Shown piece by piece: positions 6,775 through 14,900 of a DNA stretch of 18,167 nt (the first letter of the stretch is position 1; each line of letters starts with the position of its first letter). The notes beneath the pieces are model-generated. The model worked only from the letters and a program-made list of their open reading frames with translations, ran no database searches and had not been told where the DNA came from. Location: contig JBHIAE010000056.1 in the NCBI GenBank assembly GCA_046758445.1, forward strand, positions 1 through 18,167, written 5' to 3'. The translations under genes were made by a program, and so were the position numbers. The stretch is from Candidatus Thorarchaeota archaeon (GTDB taxonomy: Archaea; Asgardarchaeota; Thorarchaeia; Thorarchaeales; Thorarchaeaceae).

Positions 6775-6783
6775 TTTTAAATG
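6775..6783 (+). promoter_or_regulatory. TATA box of gltX
   Basis: TTTTAAATG ends about 25 nt upstream of TTG 6809, consistent with an archaeal leaderless or short-leader transcript. Confidence 0.5.
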
Positions 6784-6808
6784 AATGTCACGTTGATTTG
6801 TTCCTGAG

Positions 6809-8560
6809 TTGTTTACTTTGGCTGAGTTTGAGCTTGAGATACGAAAGCATGTGCTTGACAACGCTGTGAAATACGGCGGAAAGGCAACTGTCAAGTCTGT
6901 CATGAGTGCCATAATGGGCACGCATGCAGAGCTGAGGTCTCGAGCACAGGAGGTCAAAGTAATTGTTGAGCGATTGGTCGTGGAAATAGGGAAGATGACT
7001 GTCGATGACCAGCGCGATGAACTCATGCAGCTTGCCCCAGAAATGCTTGAGACTGTTCCAGAAGATCTCGAAGAGCCCAAAGAGCTTCCTGCTCTTAGTA
7101 ATGTTGACAAATGGCCCAAGGTCGTCATGAGACTTGCTCCCTTCCCGTCAGGTCCACTTCACATTGGAAACGCCAGGATGGTAGTACTGAACGACTACTA
7201 CGTGAAGAGGTACGAAGGCGAGCTTATTCTTGTCTTTGATGACACAATAGGCTCTGCTGAGAAGGTCGTTGAACCTGAGGCATTCGACTTGATTCCGAAG
7301 GATCTGGAATACCTCGAGGTGGAGTGGCACAAGACCGTCTACAAGTCAGACCGCCTAGAGTTGTTCTACAAGTACGCAGTAGACTTGATCAAGAAGAACG
7401 AGGCCTATGTGTGCGACTGTGACGCTGATGTCTGGAGAACCGAACACAAGGCCAAGGGAAAGGCATGTCACTGTAGTATTCTGCATACTGATGACAATCT
7501 GGCTCGATGGAAGAAGATGCTTGACGGCACGTATCCTGAGAGGGGCGCGGCAGTCCGCTTTCGAACAGGAATGACTGATCCCGACCCTGCTATGAGGGAC
7601 CATGTGATTCTCAGAATATCTGAAGCTGAGCATCCTCGAGTAGGAACAAAGTACAGAGTATGGCCACTACTAGAATACTCCTGGGGTATCGACGATCACG
7701 AGCTAGGCATTACTCACATCATAAGAGGCAAAGACCTTGTGAAGGAAGGTAAGATCGAGCAGCATATCTGGAACATCTACGGGTGGCAACATCCTGAGCT
7801 CATCTACTACGGTCGCTTGAAGTTCGAAGACGCCAAGCTGAGCAAGAGCAAGTCTCGAAAAGAGGTCCTTGATGGAGTCTACACAGGGTGGGATGACCCG
7901 CGAACATGGAGCATGCAATCTCTCGCAAAACGTGGTATTCATCCTGATGCCGTGCGGAAGGCGATGTTGGACCTTGGCCTGAGTATTGTGGACATCTCAA
8001 TATCCATGAAGAGCGTGTATTCAGAGAACAGGAAGCTTCGCGATGCAGAGGCTCCAAGATTGTTCTTCGTGAGGTCACCCGTTTGGATTTCCCTCACCGG
8101 ACTTCCACCAGAGGTCCTTGAGGCTGAAGCCCCAGTTCATCCTGACTTTCCGGATAGAGGAGTGCGTCACATCAATCTAGGGCGCCCGACTGACACCGAT
8201 GCTCCTGTCATCATCGGAATCGCTGAGAAGGACCTAGAGCGTCTATCTGATGGAGACTTGTTCAGACTGAAAGACCTAGCAAACTTCAAGCTCAAGAAAG
8301 GGAAGAAACCAAGGGCAACGTTCCACAGTATCGAAGTGGACAGCGTAAGGGCGGCCGGGGGCTCCATTATTCATTGGGTGCCGAAGGAGAACGCGGTCCC
8401 TGTGGAAGTGACTCTGATTGACGGCGAAGTAGTGTCTGGCCTGGGGGAGCCTGGTATCAGAAACATCCAGCAGGGGACATTTCTGCAGTTCGAGCGTGTC
8501 GGCTTTGCCCGGGTGTACGAGGTCGGAGACCCTGTAAGAGCGGCCTTTGGGCACAAATGA
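6809..8560 (+). CDS. gltX: Glutamate--tRNA ligase, archaeal type (probably non-discriminating)
   Basis: RLAPFPSGPLHIGNAR (HIGH motif), AYVCDC...CHC, THIIRGKD, LSKS (KMSKS equivalent), YTGWDDPR, QFERVGF, and the archaeal N-terminal helical domain (NAVKYGGKA). The start is TTG 6809 or TTG 6818. Confidence 0.97.
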   Translation: MFTLAEFELEIRKHVLDNAVKYGGKATVKSVMSAIMGTHAELRSRAQEVKVIVERLVVEIGKMTVDDQRDELMQLAPEMLETVPEDLEEPKELPALSNVDKWPKVVMRLAPFPSGPLHIGNARMVVLNDYYVKRYEGELILVFDDTIGSAEKVVEPEAFDLIPKDLEYLEVEWHKTVYKSDRLELFYKYAVDLIKKNEAYVCDCDADVWRTEHKAKGKACHCSILHTDDNLARWKKMLDGTYPERGAAVRFRTGMTDPDPAMRDHVILRISEAEHPRVGTKYRVWPLLEYSWGIDDHELGITHIIRGKDLVKEGKIEQHIWNIYGWQHPELIYYGRLKFEDAKLSKSKSRKEVLDGVYTGWDDPRTWSMQSLAKRGIHPDAVRKAMLDLGLSIVDISISMKSVYSENRKLRDAEAPRLFFVRSPVWISLTGLPPEVLEAEAPVHPDFPDRGVRHINLGRPTDTDAPVIIGIAEKDLERLSDGDLFRLKDLANFKLKKGKKPRATFHSIEVDSVRAAGGSIIHWVPKENAVPVEVTLIDGEVVSGLGEPGIRNIQQGTFLQFERVGFARVYEVGDPVRAAFGHK

Positions 8561-8624
8561 CCGCAATGTCCTGCGGCCAAAGAGAACAAATAGCTGGTAG
8601 CAAAGACTCTACTGGGTGTCAGGT

Positions 8625-9377
8625 TTGGCAAAGAAGAAGAAGTCTGCGAAGTCTAGGCTCTCAGCATCGATGTTCAAGACAACCGGTGCCCACGCCAAGA
8701 TGAAGATTGACAGTAAGAAGAAGAAACAGTACTACTTTACGGCGAAGGTGAAGCCCGAGAAGGCTCGAAAGACAGCCACCAAAGACGGTGCGGAGATCTT
8801 GGGTGTGCCATCGAGCGCGGTCAAGGTGAGCAAGCCAGCTTTGAAGTATGATTTCTACTGCATGTACGATGCACTTCTAAACTTGAAGTTCTTGCGGCTC
8901 CGAAAAGAGGAACTCAGCGTAAATGACCAGGTTTCAGGTGCTCTCATAGGCAGAGATGTAGTCCCTCCTCGGAAGGGCAAATCGATACCGGGGAGCGCAC
9001 TCCGTTTCGATGTAGTCGAGCTGTTTGAGATTGAACGGACTGACGGAATGACAGTCGATGGTAGGACAGGTGGCCCAGCTCACGCCGTGGAGAAGCTGCT
9101 GAAACGTGGAGGTAAGAAGAAAGCAACTCCTGCATGGGTGAGGAAGAACAGGGTCTCACCGGGGAAGTTCAACTCGGTTGAGAAGGTAGTCCGTGCGGTC
9201 TCGAAATTAGCAGGACAAAAGCCATCGGGTGCGAAGCGTATTGTCGAGCATGTTCTGAAGTTCAAACAGCTTGATGGGTTCTATCTGCCTACCTATTATG
9301 TCAAGGTGGCAGCTGGAGCTAAGTCACAGATGCTCCGTGTGAACGGTCTGAATGGTGCAGTCTCCCTTGCTGTTTGA
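8625..9377 (+). CDS. Highly basic hypothetical protein with internal two-fold repeat
   Basis: About 250 aa open frame filling the gltX-thiI gap. Hand count is about 39 Lys and 15 Arg against about 20 Asp+Glu. The two halves end in TVDGRTG and RVNGLNG, preceded by YDFYCMY and FYLPTYY. TTG 8625, which follows GGGTG, is preferred over GTG 8616. Confidence 0.8.
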   Translation: MAKKKKSAKSRLSASMFKTTGAHAKMKIDSKKKKQYYFTAKVKPEKARKTATKDGAEILGVPSSAVKVSKPALKYDFYCMYDALLNLKFLRLRKEELSVNDQVSGALIGRDVVPPRKGKSIPGSALRFDVVELFEIERTDGMTVDGRTGGPAHAVEKLLKRGGKKKATPAWVRKNRVSPGKFNSVEKVVRAVSKLAGQKPSGAKRIVEHVLKFKQLDGFYLPTYYVKVAAGAKSQMLRVNGLNGAVSLAV

Positions 9378-9466
9378 TACATGATAGTACGTTCAGACAC
9401 TGAGAAGCCATTTCAGAAGCCTTATTGCACTAGCCAACGACGGGATGCTGCCCGGTGGTGGCAAAG

Positions 9467-10651
9467 ATGGAACACGAATACTCGGCGGTTCTCCTGCGAT
9501 ACGGCGAGATTGGTATCAAGTCAAAGCAGACGCGCCGCAGGATGACGGACCTGCTGGTCAAACACATTCGTTCAGCTCTCAGAGAGAAACAGGTCAAGTT
9601 CTCTAAGGTTAGAAAGGAGTACGGACGAATCTTCGTTGAGTCCAAAGATGTGGACAATGCCGCCAAAGTCGCATCTCAAGTATTCGGAATCGTGTCGGCG
9701 TCTCCAGTGGTTGTCTTACCAGCTCAACTTGAAACTATCATCGAAACGGGTCAAGCGATGGCGAGCAACTCCTTCGAGAAGGGCCGCTCCTTTGCTGTCG
9801 GCGCAAGACGGATTGGCACTCACGAGTTTTCGAGTCAGGACATTAGAGAGGAACTTGGCGCGCGAATCCTAGACGGTCTGCCTGACTTGGAACTAAGAGT
9901 AGACCTGACGTCCCCTGAACAGTCAATCTATGTGGAGGTACGGGACGAGAGCGCTTACCTCTTCACTGACACTATTCAGGGAGTAGGAGGAATGCCCACA
10001 GGCTCACAGGGTAAAGTAGTATGTGCCCTGTCAAGCGGTTTCGATTCGCCCATTGCTGCCTATAGGGTGATGAAACGAGGCTGTATCCCTGTCTTTGTCA
10101 ACTTTGACAACGCTCCATATGCCGATGACTATTGTAGTGAGCTTGTAGTCAAGCAAGCACAACGCTTGGCAGACTTCATCCACAACTTTGATGTCAAGCT
10201 TTACATTATACCTCATGGTGCCGACCTGAAGGAGGCTGTTGAGCACGGTCCTCCAAAGATGACTTGCGTGTTCTGTAAGAGAAACATGCTTCGAATGGCC
10301 AGAGAGATTGCGATTCGGGAGGATGCTGATGCTATCGTTACGGGGGAGATCATCGGAGAGCAAGCCTCACAGACCACGAGGAACCTCCGTACCATCAATA
10401 CAGCTGTCTGCGACTTTCCGATTCTTAGACCCTGTGCCGGAGATGACAAGAATGAGATCGAGGCCATGGCACAGAAGATAGGGACCTACGAGTTTGCCTA
10501 CGAAGGCCTCTCATGTTGTTCACTCGCTCCAAAGCATCCTGTGACAAGGGTACAACCCGACGAGGTCATTGCGGCTGAGCAGAAGATGGGCTTGGGCGTA
10601 TTAGTGCAGCAGGTGGAAAGCGCGCGCATCATGACTCTTCGTACAGGCTGA
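9467..10651 (+). CDS. thiI: tRNA 4-thiouridine(8) synthase ThiI (THUMP + PP-loop, no rhodanese domain)
   Basis: LLRYGEIGIKS, THUMP region (SFAV...IREELG...VDLTSPE), GVGGMPTGSQG, PP-loop SSGFDSP, CVFCKR, GEIIGEQASQT, IGTY...CC...PKHPVT. ATG 9467 follows GGTGGTGG; the ORF extends to GTG 9455. Confidence 0.95.
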   Translation: MEHEYSAVLLRYGEIGIKSKQTRRRMTDLLVKHIRSALREKQVKFSKVRKEYGRIFVESKDVDNAAKVASQVFGIVSASPVVVLPAQLETIIETGQAMASNSFEKGRSFAVGARRIGTHEFSSQDIREELGARILDGLPDLELRVDLTSPEQSIYVEVRDESAYLFTDTIQGVGGMPTGSQGKVVCALSSGFDSPIAAYRVMKRGCIPVFVNFDNAPYADDYCSELVVKQAQRLADFIHNFDVKLYIIPHGADLKEAVEHGPPKMTCVFCKRNMLRMAREIAIREDADAIVTGEIIGEQASQTTRNLRTINTAVCDFPILRPCAGDDKNEIEAMAQKIGTYEFAYEGLSCCSLAPKHPVTRVQPDEVIAAEQKMGLGVLVQQVESARIMTLRTG

Positions 10652-10741
10652 AGCTAGACTTTCCTCTCTCTCTAGAGGTCCTGATTGAGGCAGAAAGGCC
10701 CTATGAGCCCTCCAAAGAAATCAATGAGCGATGTGAGAGAT

Positions 10742-10749
10742 TTTAAATA
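10742..10749 (+). promoter_or_regulatory. TATA box of the histone gene
   Basis: TTTAAATA preceded by purine-rich GAGAGA, about 40 nt upstream of the start. SD GAGGAG is at 10776-10781. Confidence 0.6.
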
Positions 10750-10790
10750 CGGTGCGAATACAGTCTGACGACTAAGAGGAGAGAGCACCC

Positions 10791-11027
10791 TTGCCGAGGT
10801 CAAAGAAGGACAGAATCATCCCTGTTGCACCAGTTGATCGGCTGATAAGAAAAGCCGGAGCCGGACGTGTGAGTGACAAGGGCGCAGAGAGACTGGCGCA
10901 CATACTGGAGGAGATTGGTGAGAGCCTCGCGAAACGGGCATACGAACTCACTGAACATGCCGGTCGAAAGACAATAACTGAGAAGGACATGGACCTCGCA
11001 TACAAGCAATGGGCTCGTGGGAACTAG
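10791..11027 (+). CDS. Archaeal histone (HMfA/HMfB family)
   Basis: IPVAPVDRLIRKAGAGRVS...LAHILEE...HAGRKTITEKDMDLA is the canonical archaeal histone fold. The TTG start has an SD 9 nt upstream. Confidence 0.97.
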   Translation: MPRSKKDRIIPVAPVDRLIRKAGAGRVSDKGAERLAHILEEIGESLAKRAYELTEHAGRKTITEKDMDLAYKQWARGN

Positions 11028-11108
11028 GGTCCTCAAAATACCATCATTAGATAAAGTGAAAGGAGTCCTCGCAGTAGCCTTTGACATGGGAGTGGAAGGA
11101 GGGATAGA

Positions 11109-11798
11109 GTGAAGGATTCCGTCGTGGATGTGAAAGACCAGACTGCAATCATTTCCTTGCACGATGTTTGTCCCACTTTCGAAGATGACGTTGTAGCATC
11201 GTGTGACCGACTTGCTGACTTGGGTGTCTCAAGCTTCACTTTGCTTGTTATTCCGATGTATGCTCTGAAGAAATCCCACAGCTTCGAGCGGTTTCCGATT
11301 TTCTCTGAGTATCTTCAATCGCTCAATCTTGAAATCTCTATCCACGGGTATAGCCACTTCACAAAGTCCGGTTCCATGAACGAGTTCGCAAGAATGGACT
11401 CCGAACGCGTAGATTCCCGAATAATGTCTAGCAAACGCATTGTTGCCACAGCTCTTGGTCAGGAACCATACGGTTTTGTCCCTCCACTCTGGCAGGCTCC
11501 AAAAAGAGTCACGAAGGCGGTTAGGAAAGCAGGTTTGAATTACTGTGTCATCAGAAACAAGATCTATTCTTTCCTGGACTCGCAGATACTGAAGACGGCA
11601 GACACTCTTGTGAGCCAAGGAGTGAAGGGGACCTCATTCGCCGGTTCTCTATTAGAGATTGAGCTTGGTGGTCCAGTGCAGCTTGCACTGCATCCCCGTG
11701 ACTATGAAGAAACACAGGTGTTTGACCTAGTGGAAGATATGAAGGACCGGCTCGGGTACAGGTTCATTGGGTATAGGGACCTCCTCAGTACTCAGTAG
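11109..11798 (+). CDS. DUF2334 / NodB-like (CE4) polysaccharide deacetylase family protein
   Basis: Motifs ISLHDVCP, EISIHGYSH, GFVPPLW and LALHPRD. GTG start after a GGAGGGA SD. No signal peptide. Confidence 0.85.
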   Translation: MKDSVVDVKDQTAIISLHDVCPTFEDDVVASCDRLADLGVSSFTLLVIPMYALKKSHSFERFPIFSEYLQSLNLEISIHGYSHFTKSGSMNEFARMDSERVDSRIMSSKRIVATALGQEPYGFVPPLWQAPKRVTKAVRKAGLNYCVIRNKIYSFLDSQILKTADTLVSQGVKGTSFAGSLLEIELGGPVQLALHPRDYEETQVFDLVEDMKDRLGYRFIGYRDLLSTQ

Positions 11799-11994
11799 AT
11801 TCTCACGAGTCCTGCACTACAAACTCTGTGCACCGATAAAACGAAGAGCCGTTCTTCCTGAAGAAACAATCCGCACGCCATTAGTTATTATGCTGTCGAC
11901 TTTCTCTGATATGAATGCGTGCACACCACACCTAACCCGTGTAGTGTCGACAAACAATAGCAAAACTCCAGTGTAAACTAGGAGGTCGCTCCGC

Positions 11995-14900
11995 ATGAGG
12001 AAAACTGGACTAATAGTTGTCTTCATCATTATTCTATTCATAGCCCCGTCCGCGTATACCCCACAGATGATGCCTACCTTGGACGGAGGATCCCGACCAG
12101 TGGAGTCTGGCCCAACATCAGCTGACGGAGGTTATCCTCTGAGCACAGGTACAGGCCAGGCGCTCACCACGCATATTCTCGGCACGGTCGTCAATGGGAC
12201 AGAAGTGCCGGTACAGATTGACACTGACAATATGGCAGTTGGAACGATAGGGATCACAGGGGACTACGCGGGCACAGGAATAGGAGCGACACTCGATACA
12301 TTCACAATGACAGTTCCTAATGCCCTGCGCAACCCTGACTTGAATGATTGGCACGAAGAGAGATGGCATGTTGGTGACCCTACCTTCTACGATGACAAGG
12401 TAGCCATACCTGACTCTTGGACACTCGTCAAATCAATCTCAAACCCATCGGAGAGTCCACATCCCCACCACGGTGACTGGGAGTTCAATGACGGTGGAGG
12501 TGGATATGCCGGCAGCCGAGGATTCAGGTTCGATGCCACGCTACCAACTGGCTACCTATTGACCTCCACGGATAAGATTTACATCAGTCAACATGTCCAT
12601 GCGCCTTGGCGTGACCTGTACTCGGCAACGATAAGGTTCCAGTACTATGTGAGAGCGGCCTCACAAATGGGCGACCTGGTACATCTCTTCACAAGATTTG
12701 CAGGAGTCGAAACACAGTTCCGTGTGTTCGAGTCGGGAGATACAAAGGACACATGGTTGCCAGCGATCGTCGAAATACCTTCCTCCTCGCTAACGTCAGT
12801 AAACCTTCCGGACTCCTTGCTCTTCGAGATTGGGCTCGGTACGAATTTCGACGGTATCACAGCCACTGGTCCAGACGAGTACGTCTTCATCGACGAGATT
12901 GAGCTTGAACTTGAGGTTCGCCCGTTCCCCGAGCAAGTCGGTCTTCGGGTCAATGGGACAGAGGTAGTCGGCTCAACTCCTGGAAGTACTTTCCCATTCG
13001 TTCCAGATGATATCACAGGTGATACTGGAAGGGACTGCTGGGACGACACTTCAGGCATCGACCTCGACGGCTACGACAATGATGGCAACCTCGAGGTCGG
13101 CATTTGGGGGACCGATTGGCTCACGTCGAATCCGTTTGAGGTTGGACTTCAGTTCCGACTTGACATTCCGCAGGGAGCAGTCATCGAAAGAGCCTATCTT
13201 GAAACGGAAGCCTCAGGGCAGCAGAATCTAGTGGATAGACGAGTGCATATTGCCGGGGAGAATTCCTCCGGTTTGCCTGTCGATCCGTTCGAGAACCACC
13301 TGGGCTTGCACCTTGAAGATGAGTTCAACTGGATCCAAACAAGCATCGATTGGCAACCAGACTACTGGACTAGTGACGTCAGATATTCTTCACCGGACAT
13401 AGCTCCACTTCTCCAGAAGGTCGTCTCTAATAGCGACTGGGCAGCAGGTCAATATGTGGCTATAATGCTCAGCTACGCTTGGTCAAGCTCGTATCAATCT
13501 CGGAATGATCTCAAAGGTTCGAATCATCCCTCATGGAACAACTATACTCAAGATGAAATGGCTCGTTTCTATGTATGGTATCGGATTCCACATTCGGATG
13601 ACGTCATTCCTACGAATGAAGACTTCGCAAGAAACTCGCTTCAGTTTAGGAAGGACATAACAATTGACAGCGCGAAAGTCACAGAGGATCTGTCAGACTT
13701 CCCGGTCTTGATTGACCTTTATGACACAGATTTGAGAACTGACGTACGACCTGATGGTGAGGATATCGCCTTCATTGTCGGCGGGCAGTTTGTTGAACAT
13801 GAGGTTGAGCTCTTTGAGCAGGACTACAACACTACACATGCCCATCTGATTGCATGGGTGAAGATTCCCAGTCTCTCATCGTCGGTCGACACCGTGATCA
13901 CTATGCTCTATGGGAATCTGATAGTGACAGGACTCCAGTCTTCGGGCGTTTGGGATGGCTACGAAATCGTTCAGCATATGAATGATAATCCAAATGGCAT
14001 AAGCTACGATAGCACGTACAATCATCACAGCGGGCCGTCATTTGGAAGCATGACCATTGGCGATCTTGTACCGGGAGCAATAGGAAATGCTACTGACTTT
14101 GACGGCCAAGATGACGTGATAAGCGTCGGACAGATTGAAACAGACGATTGGCCTAGCTTCACTGTGAGCGGTTGGATATACCACGACGTTTCTGGGGACG
14201 ACAGAGTCTTTTCGAAGGCCCCTAATACGAATGAGGCTAATGCAATCATCCACTTCGCCGTAGACGATACCGACAAGTTCAGAGTGAGAATGAACACTGA
14301 CGGCGTTGGCGGCGGCGCATCATTGTCCGTCGACAGCATCGGTTTCACCGCTCCAGGATCGTGGTACTATCTTACATGGAGCTGGAGTGCTGCAACCGAG
14401 GAGATGCGACTTCACATCAATGGAACCTTTGACCGGACTGCCGCTCGAGATGGCGACACAGTGCTGAACTCATATGTGCCGTTTGTCATAGGCAATTGGC
14501 AGACTGGCACAGGTAACAATCGATTCTTCGACGGGATGATCGATGAGATACGAATGACCACAAGAGTGCTGTCTGATGGATGGATTGCCACTGAGTATGC
14601 AAACCAGAAAAGCCCATCTAGCTTCTATCTGGTTGGCCCGGAGCAGACAAGTTCAGGCTTGCCTGACATCAAGTCTGCTGCACTTGTCTTCTCCTCAGAA
14701 TCACCAATACCAGTCAGTATTGGCTTCACGATGAGTATGGACTTCGAAGGGACTGGTAAGTCGCTTGATGAGAATCTTAACGAGGGAACCACCTTTTATG
14801 CCACTAATGGGAGTTCAACAGTCGAGTGGACGGCCAAGGTTCTGGTGTCACCCCCGCCTGGTATCACACAGACTGAGGTGTACGTTGAATATCCGGCTAC

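Noticed and set aside
11894-11951. TGTCGAC twice, 51 bp apart, upstream of the surface-protein gene
   Set aside because: GTCGAC also occurs repeatedly inside coding regions of this window, so two short copies are not adequate evidence for an operator.
664-11976. Many short ORFs overlapping the called genes (e.g. 664..978, 882..1154, 1914..2309, 3321..3665, 6769..7128, 10800..11162)
   Set aside because: Antisense or out-of-frame shadows of well-supported genes, with no recognisable motifs.
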